Origin: Octopus vulgaris
Taxonomy: Eukaryota
DNA: 64,000 nt
Direction of reading: 5' to 3'
NCBI GenBank assembly: GCA_951406725.2
Contig: OX597815.1
Location: forward strand, 161,200,001 to 161,264,000
The notes beneath the pieces were generated by a model, which saw nothing but the letters and a program-made list of their open reading frames with translations, ran no database searches and was not told where the DNA came from. The translations under genes were made by a program, and so were the position numbers. Positions within the stretch are counted from its first letter, which is position 1; every line of letters begins with the position of its first letter. Below, piece after piece: positions 1 to 11,070 of the stretch.

Positions 1-3
1 ATA

Positions 4-148
4 TGAGGTGGTGGCTGAAAAGTTCCTGGCTTTAAGGGTATTGAGAAAGGTCTGGCTTGAGGCCCAGACTTCTGAGTTCTTTTATAGGACTTAGAAAAAT
101 TGAGTAACCGCTGCAATAAGTGTGTGAATCTGAGAGGGGATTATATTG
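4..148 (+). mobile_element. Mariner-type MITE, partial
   Basis: TA|TGAGGTGGTGGCTGAAAAGTTCCTGGCTTT terminus. The internal stretch reads RCNKCVNLRGDYI, like a mariner transposase C-terminus. Same family as 27479-27694; truncated at a SINE. Confidence 0.75.
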
Positions 149-450
149 GGCCGACCAAAGCTTTGTGAGTGGATTTGGTAAACGGAAACTGAAAGAAGCC
201 GGTCGTATATATGAATATATATGTATATATGTATGTGTGTGTATATGTTTGTGCGTCTGCGTTTGTCCTTCCAACATCACCTGACAACCGATGCTTGTGT
301 GTTTATGTCCCCATAACTTTGTGGTTCGGCAAAAGAGACCGATAGAATAAGTACTGGGCTTACAAAGAATAAGTCCTGGGGTCGATTTTCTCGACTAAAG
401 GTGGTGCTCCAGCATGGCCACAGTCAAATGACTGAAACAAGTAAAAGAGT
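149..450 (+). mobile_element. SINE family A (bipartite, CORE-like), 5'-truncated
   Basis: Matches the full copy at 48013: ...GACCAAAGCTTTGTGAGTGGATTTGG..., central TA/TG microsatellite, AAAAGAGT tail. Confidence 0.85.
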
Positions 451-702
451 ATATATAAACGTGTGTGTGCGTGTGTGTGTGTGTGTTGTCTGTGTGTGTG
501 TGTGTGTGTGCGTGCACCCATGTCATGATTTCACATGATAGTTCAATCTGTGCCAAGCAGCTTTACTCTCCGTGCTTTAGCTTCATTATTATAGCAACAG
601 ATTGGATACTTATTGATCAGACCATGTATAAGCACACATATATAAGTTTATATATACATGCATGTTTATATATGTGTGTGTGTATATATGATAGGGTGTG
701 TA

Positions 703-740
<38 letters not shown>

Positions 741-809
741 GAAGAAGGAAGGAGATAAGAGAGAGAGATAGTATTTATCCACCAACACCCCTTCAACAGG
801 TTTTCAGAT

Positions 810-1700
810 GAATGATATGAACAAGAGAATCCGTGTTGTATAGAGGCTGCAGCTGGCATTGAAGATCAAACAGGTAGTAAGTGGAGTGCTTTTAGAGAGT
901 TACAGGTAGCAGAGTGGTGAGAGGGTGTTGAGGCTTGGGTTACTTTCCAACCTGCTTCAATTGATAACACCAAAGAAAAAAGGTGGATAAAATCTCTTCC
1001 AAGGAGAAATGTATGCAGATGTTAAGAAAGCATGAGCTAGTTGGTTGGCAGGACTCAATAAAGGAAGTGCCTAAGACATGTTAAGTCAACATACTGAGTG
1101 GTATCAGTTCTACTGAGCTGATATCTATTACATCAAATCCCTGATTCAGACTGTCTGCAACACCTTACCAAACTCATCAGTCCTTTACATATGAGCAAGA
1201 GTTAAGCACTTTGTTGTCCCTTCTGTATTGTTAGATGGTCCCATCAACATCCCCTCAGCAGTTGTCTCAGAACCTTAACCAATGGCTGTTTCTACTGGTG
1301 ATATGACAACTACTCAAGGCAGTTGTAGTGGTGACCACAATAGCCATTCAGTCTTCAAAATGCTACATCCAGAAGGAAACCATCACTTTTCTCAAAGTCA
1401 GAGAGAACCCTTTTTCCACTGAAATATCAATGAGCCTGCCTGATTTCCAAAGCCCCACTCTAACAGCTGAGAATCGATCTTGTCAAACACTTAAAGTTCT
1501 CATAGTACATCATGTAAACAGCACTCTGCTCAGACATTGATTATCTTCACAGCTTTCACTAGGCAGGTGATTATGTGAGATACGACCATGTACTGGAAAG
1601 AACAACTGGAGGAGTCTCATGAAAGGAAGCCTGCCAAACATCAGGTGCTGATGTTGGACAACATTTGAAGATGTCGAGTATCAACTTGTAGATAACAACT
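810..1700 (+). mobile_element. Decayed non-LTR retrotransposon with restriction-like endonuclease (HERO/R2-group-like), 3' part of ORF
   Basis: Across stops and frameshifts: AAGIEDQTGSKWSA; IKSLIQTVCNTLP; CPFC...HPLSSC (CCHC knuckle); RQVIM*DTTMYWKEQLEESHERK (RLE ELTVPWEE..EEAHERK-like). Confidence 0.75.
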
Positions 1701-2390
1701 TGCTGTTGGAACAGTCTAAGTCCTGAAGTGAATTGGATGATAATCTTCAGTAGCCTGATAGTAAAAGTACTAACTTACATATATGTGTGTATAATTATGA
1801 GATATTTGTGTACATGTATGTTTGCCTGCATGTACATAGCTCAGTTCAGAATCATGCTGTTTTTCCAGTTTTATTTTAAAGCTATGAAACAGAACAATCT
1901 CATCATCTGAACCATAGGAATGCTTTTGCAAATTATTTTGTTTTCTGACATAAAGCATGCCCTCTGAATAATCCCTAGCATAAGCCATTTCGAATATCAA
2001 CCAAGTCCATATTTCCTGTCTTTTGACATTTTCATTTGTTGTAACTTTCCATAGAATTTTATTACTATATATCCATAACATCTCTGGTCTCTCACTCATT
2101 CAACCAATTTTTTTTTCAGTTCTGGATAATGAACCTACTTTTTCCTTAGGTATTGTTTGTTGTTTGACATTTTCTACAGTTGAGTTTTGGTATTTTTTCT
2201 GTAACATAATATTACTCTTAACAAAACCAAATTTCTAGAGGCTGTGCAATTGTTGTTTTCAAAAAATTCTATGAATGCATGTTTAAATTTTGCATTGTAA
2301 GCAATAAGTTCCTCTTTTTCACATCTTTACTTTAATTAAACAGCATTATACTGAACATATTTTGAATACCGTATGTATATGGATATATAT

Positions 2391-3826
2391 ATAATTAGGA
2401 AATGGAGAAAAATATAGATTAACCAGCACATCGATTAGACCACATTTTAAACTTATTTATTGATGCAAAACAAGACATAACAAAGCTAACAGCTGTTTCT
2501 GATCAGTTCCCCAGAATGCAGTCTATACATAAATGTATAGACTTCATCTTCATAGGGCATTTGAATTAAGGCAACCAATCTTCATCAGAGTGAAAAACAA
2601 GAGCATACAATATAAACAAAAGGAAGAAGGAAGAGGTAACAAAACATGGCTTAGGCAAATAGTCTTAAAGCCCAATATGTTAAGTGCACATGGTTATTTA
2701 CCATCCAAGCTCAAAGAACGTAGATGAGAGAATGAGCTGTTAAAGGACTAGGGAATACTACAAGTTATTAACAGAAGGGTGCAATTAGGAGGGGTGGGTT
2801 ATGGTGTTAAAGAAAGAAGTTATCCAGAGGATCAATGTAAATAAGATACTAACATAATTCTCAAAGGTCAAACCTATGTTAACGGAGTAAACTTAAGTAA
2901 AGTTAAACAATTAACGTAGGTTACTAAATAAAAAAATTACTCACAGGAAATTAATACCAAGAATCCCGCCTATGGTATGCAATGGAGTAAGTCTAAGTCC
3001 AGCTGTCTCTACATTGGTCATTTACAATTTAAAAGAATTCCCAAGTTAAAACCGTTACAAAGGGTTTGTTTAAAGATAAACAAGAAAAAGAAAGGAAGGA
3101 AAAACATACATGTGCACAAATATCTCATAATTATACACACACACACACACACACACATACATGTAAGTTAGTACTTCCTTTCTTTTTCTTGTTTATCTAT
3201 AAAACAAACCATATTGTTAGATTTATTCCATTGTGTACCATAGGTGGGGATTCTTGGTATTAACTTCCTGTGAGTAAATTATTTTAGTAACATACGTTGA
3301 TTGTTTAACTTTACTTAAGTTTACTCCATTAACATAGGTTTAACCTTTGAGAATTACGTTAGTATCTTATTTACATAGATCTTCTGGATAACTTCCTTCT
3401 TTAACACCCTGACCCCACCCCTCCTAATTGCACCCTCCAATTAATAACTTGTAGTATTCCCTGACCCTTAATAGCTCATATCCTCATCTACGTTCTTTGA
3501 GCTTGGATGTTAAATAATTATCTGCACTTAACATACTGGGCTTTTAGACCATTTGCCTAAACCATGTTTTCTTACCTCTTCCTTCTTCCTTTTGTTTATA
3601 TTGTATGCTCTTGTTTTTCACTCTGATGAAGATCGGTTGCCTTAATTCGAACACCCTATGAAGATAAAGAATTTTATTCTCACATTTATGTATAAACTGC
3701 ATTCTGTGAATCTGATCAGAAACAGCTGTTAGCTTTGTTATGTCTTGCTTTGCATCAATAAACAAGCTTTAAATGTGATCCAATCGATGTACTGGCTAAT
3801 CTATGTCTTTCTCCCTTTTCTAATTA
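2391..3826. repeat. Large inverted repeat (arms ~2391-3098 and ~3174-3826), Penelope pseudo-LTR-like
   Basis: The arms are reverse complements; ORF-track peptides 2533+ and 3544- are near identical. Each arm has CTGATGA...GAAACAGCTGTT. Confidence 0.9.
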
Positions 3827-4017
3827 CTTGCATTGGCTCCTGATAAACTTTTGTTTATCCTCTTGTCACCTACACTCAATGTATATGGTGTCCCTGCACA
3901 CAATTGCCTAGGGATAACACAGGTAACGGATACTGATAGTATATACAGATATTTTGTCCCTTAGTCAGTTACCAAAACAGCTAACTCTATATACATATAT
4001 ACAATGTTACATTACTA

Positions 4018-4052
<35 letters not shown>

Positions 4053-4089
4053 CAATGTTACATTACTGACAATGTTACATTATATATAT

Positions 4090-4820
4090 ATAATACAAAA
4101 ATGGGGGACAAGAACAAAAAACATCCAAATAGTTAGGTGATACAAAAAAGGGGACAACAAAACATCCAGACAGACGATACAAAGAAAACAAGGACAAGTC
4201 ATTTGGAGTTTTCTTTCTTCAGTTGAGTTCCAGATTATCTTAGCAATTTTGGCTGGTTATATGTGAGATTGCTCCAATCTGGCCAGCCCCAAGGAAAAAC
4301 TAAGCTAAGAGCATTAGATTCCTTGGAAGAAAGCAGTGAATGTATATGAAAACAAGGACGGAAAAAATGGAGAAGGTTACACAAATACAAATAACAGGAT
4401 ATTAACAACGGGTGTCTTTCGACTAAGGATGAATTAAATTAAGCTGGCGTGTGTGGAAGTAAAGCCTTACAGTAGGGACATAAGATTTGACCGGCACAGG
4501 GAGGAATATAGATGTTGCACGGATGGTGGTCAAACCAAGAAAGAAAGATCAGGCTAGGCAGAACACCAGTCACATGGGGAGAGAAGAGAGAGAGGGAGAG
4601 ACAGCGGGATAGGAGAATTAAGGAGGGGTAAGAAAAAATGAACGGAACAGAGTGAAGTGAAAGAGGAGGGAAGGTGAGAATGAAGGCAAGGCCAGGAAAT
4701 GTGAGAGAGGGGGAACAAAAGAACGAAGAGTGGAATGAATGAGGTAAGTGTGAAGGGGCTGATAGAAAGAAGGAAAGAATGAAAGAATACAAAGAATAAT
4801 AAAGTTGTACAAGATTTAGA
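4090..4820. repeat. Interspersed repeat, unclassified; partial copies at ~5360-5490 and, inverted, ~51590-51860
   Basis: Shared blocks such as GGCCAGCCCCAAGGAAAAACTAAGCT and GATACAAAGAAAACAAGGA; starts at a (TA)n run. Confidence 0.65.
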
Positions 4821-4821
4821 T

Positions 4822-5295
4822 CATCATCATCATCATCGTCGTTTAGCGTCCGTTTTCCATGCTAGCATGGGTTGGACGGTTCTACTGGGGTCTGTGAAGC
4901 CAGAAGGCTTCATCAGGCCCAGTCAAATCTGGCAGTGTTTCTACGGCTGGATGCCCTTCCTAACACCAACCACTCCGTGAGTGTAGTGGGTGCTTTTTAC
5001 GTGCCACCCGCACAGGTGCCAGACAGAGCTGGCAAACGGCCACGAACAGATGGTGCTTTTTATGTGCCACCGGCACAAGGGCCAGGCGAGGCTGGCAACG
5101 GACACGAAACGGGGCGGTGCTGGCAACGGTCGCGAAACGGAAGGTTCTCTTACATGCCACCGGCACTGGTAACACATCTGCAATTTCCATTGATCGATTT
5201 CCATTCTGATCCTCACTTGCCTCAACGGGTCTTCACAAGTAGAGTTTCGACATGCCACCGGCACTGGTAACACATCTGCAATTTCCATTGATTGA
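4822..5295 (-). mobile_element. Family C: RTE-related 3' module with (GAT)n tail and hairpin array
   Basis: On - strand: repeated GGTGGCACGTAAAAAGCACC units, GGTTGGTGTTAGGAAGGGCATCCAGC, then CCGTCCAACCCATGCTAGCATGGAAAACGGACG and (GAT)n. Confidence 0.8.
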
Positions 5296-6449
5296 TTTCG
5301 ATATATACTTACATATAAGAGACCAAAGTGTATGTACGCCACTATATTTTTATATATAAAAAATACAAAATGGGTCAAGAACGTAAAACATCCAGGCAGG
5401 TGATACAAAGAAAACAAGGATGGGTCATTCAGAATTTTCTTTCCTCAGTCGAGTTCTAGATTATCTTTGCAATTTCAGTTGGTTATACTTGACTGGTTAT
5501 ATATATATATATATATATATTGGCTGATTATGTATGAACATATATATATATATATATATTTGGTAATGTAAATTTCATTTTTTTAAAATTGTATGCAAGT
5601 CTTTCAAAATAAATAATCATTTTTAAGCAATCAGATATGAACTGGTTATTTTGTAGCATGTGGATGTCTACCCCAACACCTAGACTAGATAAAAACTCAG
5701 TATTTTAGACATAAACTTATTTTTCTGCTTTTAAAATATATATTTTTAAAATTTACTATGGCTTCTTCAAATGAAAGAACTTAAAAGGGTGCTAAAAGCA
5801 AAAGAAGAAGCCTTGTATACCCTAGCCCCACCTTCTTCCCACAAGAAAAGAAGAATAAAATAATTGTTGAGAGCACAAAAACATATTTAAAAAGAAGGTA
5901 AATGGAATTTAGAGACAGAAAAAGAAACAACAAAACCAAAAGATGTAAAGATGTAATGACATCTGCAAACTTAAACTTGCATGAAAGTATTTCAAAGAAC
6001 AAAAAATGCAAACTTGTCCAAAAATTCTTTCCAATTAAAAATTTCAGACATAAGTCAAACCCACACAAAGAGATGTGGAAGCAATATGTCACAAATGACA
6101 GTGCCACTCTGCTTGAAGAATTCATATAAGTATGATTATGAATGAAAGGGATATAACTCTTCTTCACAAAGGCTTCAGTATATGACATAATAATGTATAC
6201 TTTATTGATAGATGCATGGCATATGGAAATGTGAGTATTGTCTTTAAAACTGAATATGAGGCATGAAAGCAGGCAGAAGTGGCAAACTACACACTTACTC
6301 ACAGGCTGGTGCCACTGTACATGGCACACAATTGCATAAGAATCAGAACAAAAGATATTAGTAATGATGTTGAGGTTTGGTTTATCATCACCTTTGAGGC
6401 ACAGTAAGAGAAGATGACAAGCTTCCATGTGGAATAGAGTTTTAGCTGT

Positions 6450-6673
6450 AGCTGGCAGAAACGTTAGCATGTCGGGCGAAATGCTTAGCAGTATTTCACC
6501 TGCCACTACGTTCTGAGTTCGAATTCCGCTGAGGTTGACTTTGCCTTTCATCCTTTCGGGGTCAATTAAATAAGTACCAGTTACGCACTGGGGTCGATGT
6601 AATCGACTTAATCCGTTTGTCTGTCCTTGTTTGTCCCCTCTGTGTGTAGCCCCTTGTGGGCAGTAAAGAAATA
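6450..6673 (+). mobile_element. SINE family B (tRNA-like head)
   Basis: AGCTGGCAGAA...GAGTTCGAATTCC (B-box-like), GCCTTTCATCCTTTCGGGGTC core. Further copies at 12973, 27708, 48515, 50679, 55825. Confidence 0.85.
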
Positions 6674-7539
6674 GGTTTACTATGAAATCTTGCATACCAT
6701 TATATAACATGTGTTGCATGTTAACTCATGGGAATAATACAAGAAGCAAACTTCAAAATAACAGCAAGACTTTATTCCTCTGCTAAATTATATAGATTTT
6801 GTTGGTGGTATAGTTCATCCATCATTTGGGTAATTCAGCTCTGGCAATTGTTGGTTGCAAGTCTTTCATTATAACAGCAGGAAAATGTCATGACTCATCT
6901 TCCTGAAAATTCTCTCACCCCTCTGTCACTGAGTTTTTGTTAAGGCTATATATAAAGAGACATAGGCTCCCAGCGATGGTTCAGGCTAGTTGTTTTAGAA
7001 TGTATTACACTCAATGTAATTGGACCCGAGATCCGTATCCCATGCAATACTCAACCAATCAAAATGCAGGACTCAACCAACTGTTCCAAACTCACATGAT
7101 AGGTCAGATGACCAATCATTAAAAGATTAATGTGTAGAGCCTATAAAAGGCTAGTTGACTCCAATGTGCCATAATAGAAATTGGTCTCACTACAGAATGA
7201 TGAAATGGCACGTGATTAGGTGATATTTACATAAGCATGAAAGTCCTGATAACCTTGAAGAGGACGGAACTACTCTGAAGCTGTACACTTTTGTGGCTGT
7301 ACAGAGAAAGGGATTAAGCTTTGTGATTGCAGGACATTAAAAAGAAAAACAGACATTCTGTGAAGAATTACATTATCATTCAATATAATCAATCTTTCTT
7401 TAGGATCATAGGGAGTTATTTTAGAGAGATTTGGATGCTATTTCTAGTAAGTTGAGTGACCTCGCAAAGATTTTCTCATTATTTTGTTTACTGGATTTTA
7501 TAACCTGTGTTAAGTTATTCTGTATTCCTTCTTTTTCAG

Positions 7540-7616
7540 TCCCAGAAACTCGAGTAAAACTGAAAAATATTCCAGGAGAAGAGAACTCTGACTACATCAA
7601 TGCAAATTTCATAACT
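7540..7616 (+). CDS. Protein tyrosine phosphatase catalytic-domain exon (xPETRVKLKNIPGEENSDYINANFIT)
   Basis: Pyrimidine tract + AG acceptor (ttccttctttttcAG, 7538-7539) and GTAAGT donor at 7617. The 77-bp phase 1-to-0 exon encodes the classical PTP motifs RVxL and DYINA. Confidence 0.95.
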
Positions 7617-8288
7617 GTAAGTATCATATTGTTTATTTTATCGACATTGTTGTCATTATTATCTAAATACTAGATCAGCTCTGTTTGTACAGATATTTGG
7701 ATAAAAGGCCTTCTAGATATTGATTATCTTTTCATCAGACTACACTTAATCCATCACTCAGTTTAACACCAACACCTGGTACTTAGTGTGCTTTTAATAG
7801 AGTCTACACTGCTGCAAGCATTCAGGCCAGATCTCCAATTTGAGAATAATGTCCTTCCTCTTACAGTCTCTGAGGCCCCATAATGGACTAGGGTAGTGCC
7901 TTCCCTCCAGACTAAAAGATTAAAATCTCTGACATTCTGGTTTTGTGTAGGTTGAAAATGATTTGATGGCAATTGGAAAACTATTTCTAACAGTTCAAGT
8001 GTCTATGTTTATTGCTACATTATTCAGGTGATAGATTTTTGGTTAAGTCTGTAATAAACTGGGTCTGAGACTTATTTTCATTTTTGGATGGAAGGATTAT
8101 TATTATTATGTTTTTTCCTTCTTTCTTCAAATTTTCTTCCATTTCTCACTGGGTGTTTTCCATACACCTAGGGCAGAGAAGCTCATTGTATGCATTCCCA
8201 GATTACACACGCAAATTCACAGATAAAATATGTATTTAAAAATTTACAAATAAATAAATTCATGGATGGATGTTGTTTTCACAGCGTA

Positions 8289-8325
<37 letters not shown>

Positions 8326-8529
8326 CATTATTATTATTATTATTATTATCCTACATTATATTGACACAGCTTGGTGCAACCCTAAAAAATAGGTATTGCC
8401 AGTTAGACATCATTAGGCTGTAGCCAGCATAATAGAATAGGAGGTTGTATATGGATATTCAAAACATTTCCTTTAAACAAACTTAAAGGATACATACATA
8501 TATATGCATACATACAGATACACTCACAC

Positions 8530-8582
<53 letters not shown>

Positions 8583-8617
8583 AATATACATAAATGAATA
8601 CATACATACATACATAC

Positions 8618-8694
<77 letters not shown>

Positions 8695-9156
8695 TTTATG
8701 TGTGTGTTTGTTTGTCTCCTATCTTGACATCAGACAGTGATTGTAAACAAGCATTACTGTCATACAAGCAGTGTCTTTCATTTCATTCTTCCATGTAAAC
8801 ACGTCTGGCTATGAAGAAATATTAGCTTGGTTAGAAACAGAAGAAAGTTGATGAGAGGAAAGGCGTCTGACTCAGTAAAATCCTCCTGACCCATGCAAAC
8901 ACGGAAATACGGATGTCAAAGATGATTTTGGTGATCAGGACAATTGTGCATCCAACACCTAGACCACTTACTCTTTGTGTATGTGTGTGTGTGTTTCCCC
9001 CCTCCCTCCCTCTCTCTCTCATACACACACACAAGTGTGCACACACACACATACACACACACACATTTGCATGCATACATACATTTATCATCATCATTTA
9101 ACGTCTGCTTTCCATGTGTAGTTGAATGTGTGTGTTGTGTGAATAAAATAAAAAGA

Positions 9157-9655
9157 GAATCCCTTCAGTCATGAATGACCATGGGATTGCACCTAAAAAG
9201 TTACCCCCTAAAGCACAAATCCAGGTAAGATTGTTTTATGGAATTTATAGAAAAACAAAAGATGAAGACAGGTGTAGGAATAAAAACAAATGTATTAGTT
9301 TGACGCTTGGGAAAAATAGGAAGTCTTTTATGTTTTGAGCTTATACTCTTCGACAGAAAGGAATAAGGAGAAGTAAATACAGAGAGAATGAAAAAAAATG
9401 TGTTGAGTTCAGCGGTCCAAGTTGCTCATGCATACCATCCTCCCCTCTCTATGCCACTGATGTTATCCAAGGGAAAGGCAAAGGTTGATACAACTTGGCA
9501 CCAGTGATGTCGCAACTCATTTCTACAGCTGAGTGAACTGGAGCAATGTGAAATAAAGTGTCTTGCTCATGGACACAACACACAGCTCAGTCTGGGAATT
9601 GAACTCACTACCTCATGATTGTTTGTCCAACGCTCTAACCACTGAGCAATGCACC
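9157..9655 (-). mobile_element. SINE family D (tRNA-derived), interrupted by a ~180 bp insert (~9245-9420)
   Basis: On - strand: GGTGCATTGCTCAGTGGTTAGAGCG (A box), GAGTTCAATTCCC (B box), GTGTCC..GAGCAAGACACTTTATTTCAC core. Uninterrupted copy at 37300-37645. Confidence 0.8.
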
Positions 9656-10769
9656 ATATGTGTGAATACATAGTTACAAACAACCATGTATATACTTCTA
9701 ATAAAATTTATATTTGTTTCTTTTTTCAACTGGTTACTTTTGAAAATGCACTCAACGCCTGTGACAGACAAACATTCTTTTTAGGGATAAATATATACAG
9801 ATCTATAGAACAGTGACGCATGTCTTGTAGCTTATTCATGCATTGCTCATATGCCAAAGAACAATCCAAAAACGGTTGGGTATTCCAAATTCTTCTCAAA
9901 GACATATGCAACTACTTCAGGAATAATGCCAGGAGCTAAGCGGTATATTAGACAAGGAACTAATAAGGATAGCATAAGCATTCATTTAGCTGCTATGATT
10001 CTCTCAACAAAAGCATATATTTATATATGAGGTCACTCCAATGAGAATTGTTTCTTCTTTAATCATTTTTGTGCAATTTGTTAGAATCATTATTGGCAAA
10101 TGCAGAACCTGATATGAAAATGAATTTCTTCATTTTTATTTTTATTTCCTTTCTATTTTGTTTCCACATTCTGTTTTCTCTTAAGCAGGCTCTTTAGAGT
10201 AAGAAGTGAAATATTTAACAAACTGGATCTGTGACTTGTGTTCAAATCCCAGCTTCAATGTTTTGGAGGATTTTTTCATTTTTTTAATGCTTTGCAATGT
10301 TGGAACAAACTATACTGTGATAGATACCATGAGAGAAGCTCTCATGTTGGCTTTTGGTGCAAAATGCACACATGTTTATATCGCTAGCAGAGAGATAAAT
10401 AGCTACCATATCCATTGCCAAGACCACCAGATCACGTGATTTCAACCTTCCTTGGTTTTGTTGGTCAATGTTGGATGTGCAACCATGAGAGATAGCATTG
10501 GTTCATGTTCCCACTGGCGATATATAGAATAACAGTGTAAGAACAGATGCTGGTGTCATGATTAGCTAGTGAGCTTGCTAAATGAGCTTATCATATACAG
10601 CACTCAAGTGTACTACAACTTGTTGGGTAAAGGTTAAACAGGGGACAGAAAGTAGCAATGAATCAAGTATGAGAAAAACAGAAAGAAGTGCCTGTATAGT
10701 ACACAGAATCTAACACAAGCAGACAGAAGAGAGAGCCATAAAGAGGAAAGGGTGCATAGGTATGTCAAG

Positions 10770-11070
10770 AATAGTATTGGTGAATTTTGGAAGACATGGA
10801 ATTTTAGAAGGATGCTGTGTCCTCACAGCAAACACCAAATAGTTTATTTCATGCTTTGACAATTCTGAGTGTGAAAAACATGTTTTATGAAAGTCATGAG
10901 TACTGCACTGATTTTTATTTTTATAAGTATGTCCATTGATAGTTGAGACATTAAATTCAAGAACATAACCAAAATTTATTGGAAAGATGATGGTGTGGAT
11001 AGTCTTGTGGGCTTCTAGCAGGTCAGATTCTAGATGTTAAAACTTTAGTGTGTCAATGCTCAGAGAAGAG
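10770..11070 (-). mobile_element. Decayed CR1/L2-group LINE 3' end
   Basis: - strand reads SLSIDTLKF*HLESDLLEAHK and FFTLRIVKA*NKL, resembling the RT C-terminal RRLRxDL and FFSxRVVxxWNxL motifs. Confidence 0.5.

Noticed and set aside
4988-5270. CRISPR-like repeat-spacer pattern (also 50430-51035, 59300-59510)
   Set aside because: Spacers are homologous to each other, there are no cas genes, the context is eukaryotic, and the pattern is part of a dispersed retro-module.
5781-6719. Longest ORF (312 aa, - strand)
   Set aside because: It runs through a SINE B and the antisense of A-rich sequence, with no domain. The + strand may be a decayed LINE ORF1, but I cannot support that.
7431-7673. 80-aa ORF as a complete gene
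   Set aside because: Only 7540-7616 is PTP-like and splice-bounded; the rest is intron read-through.
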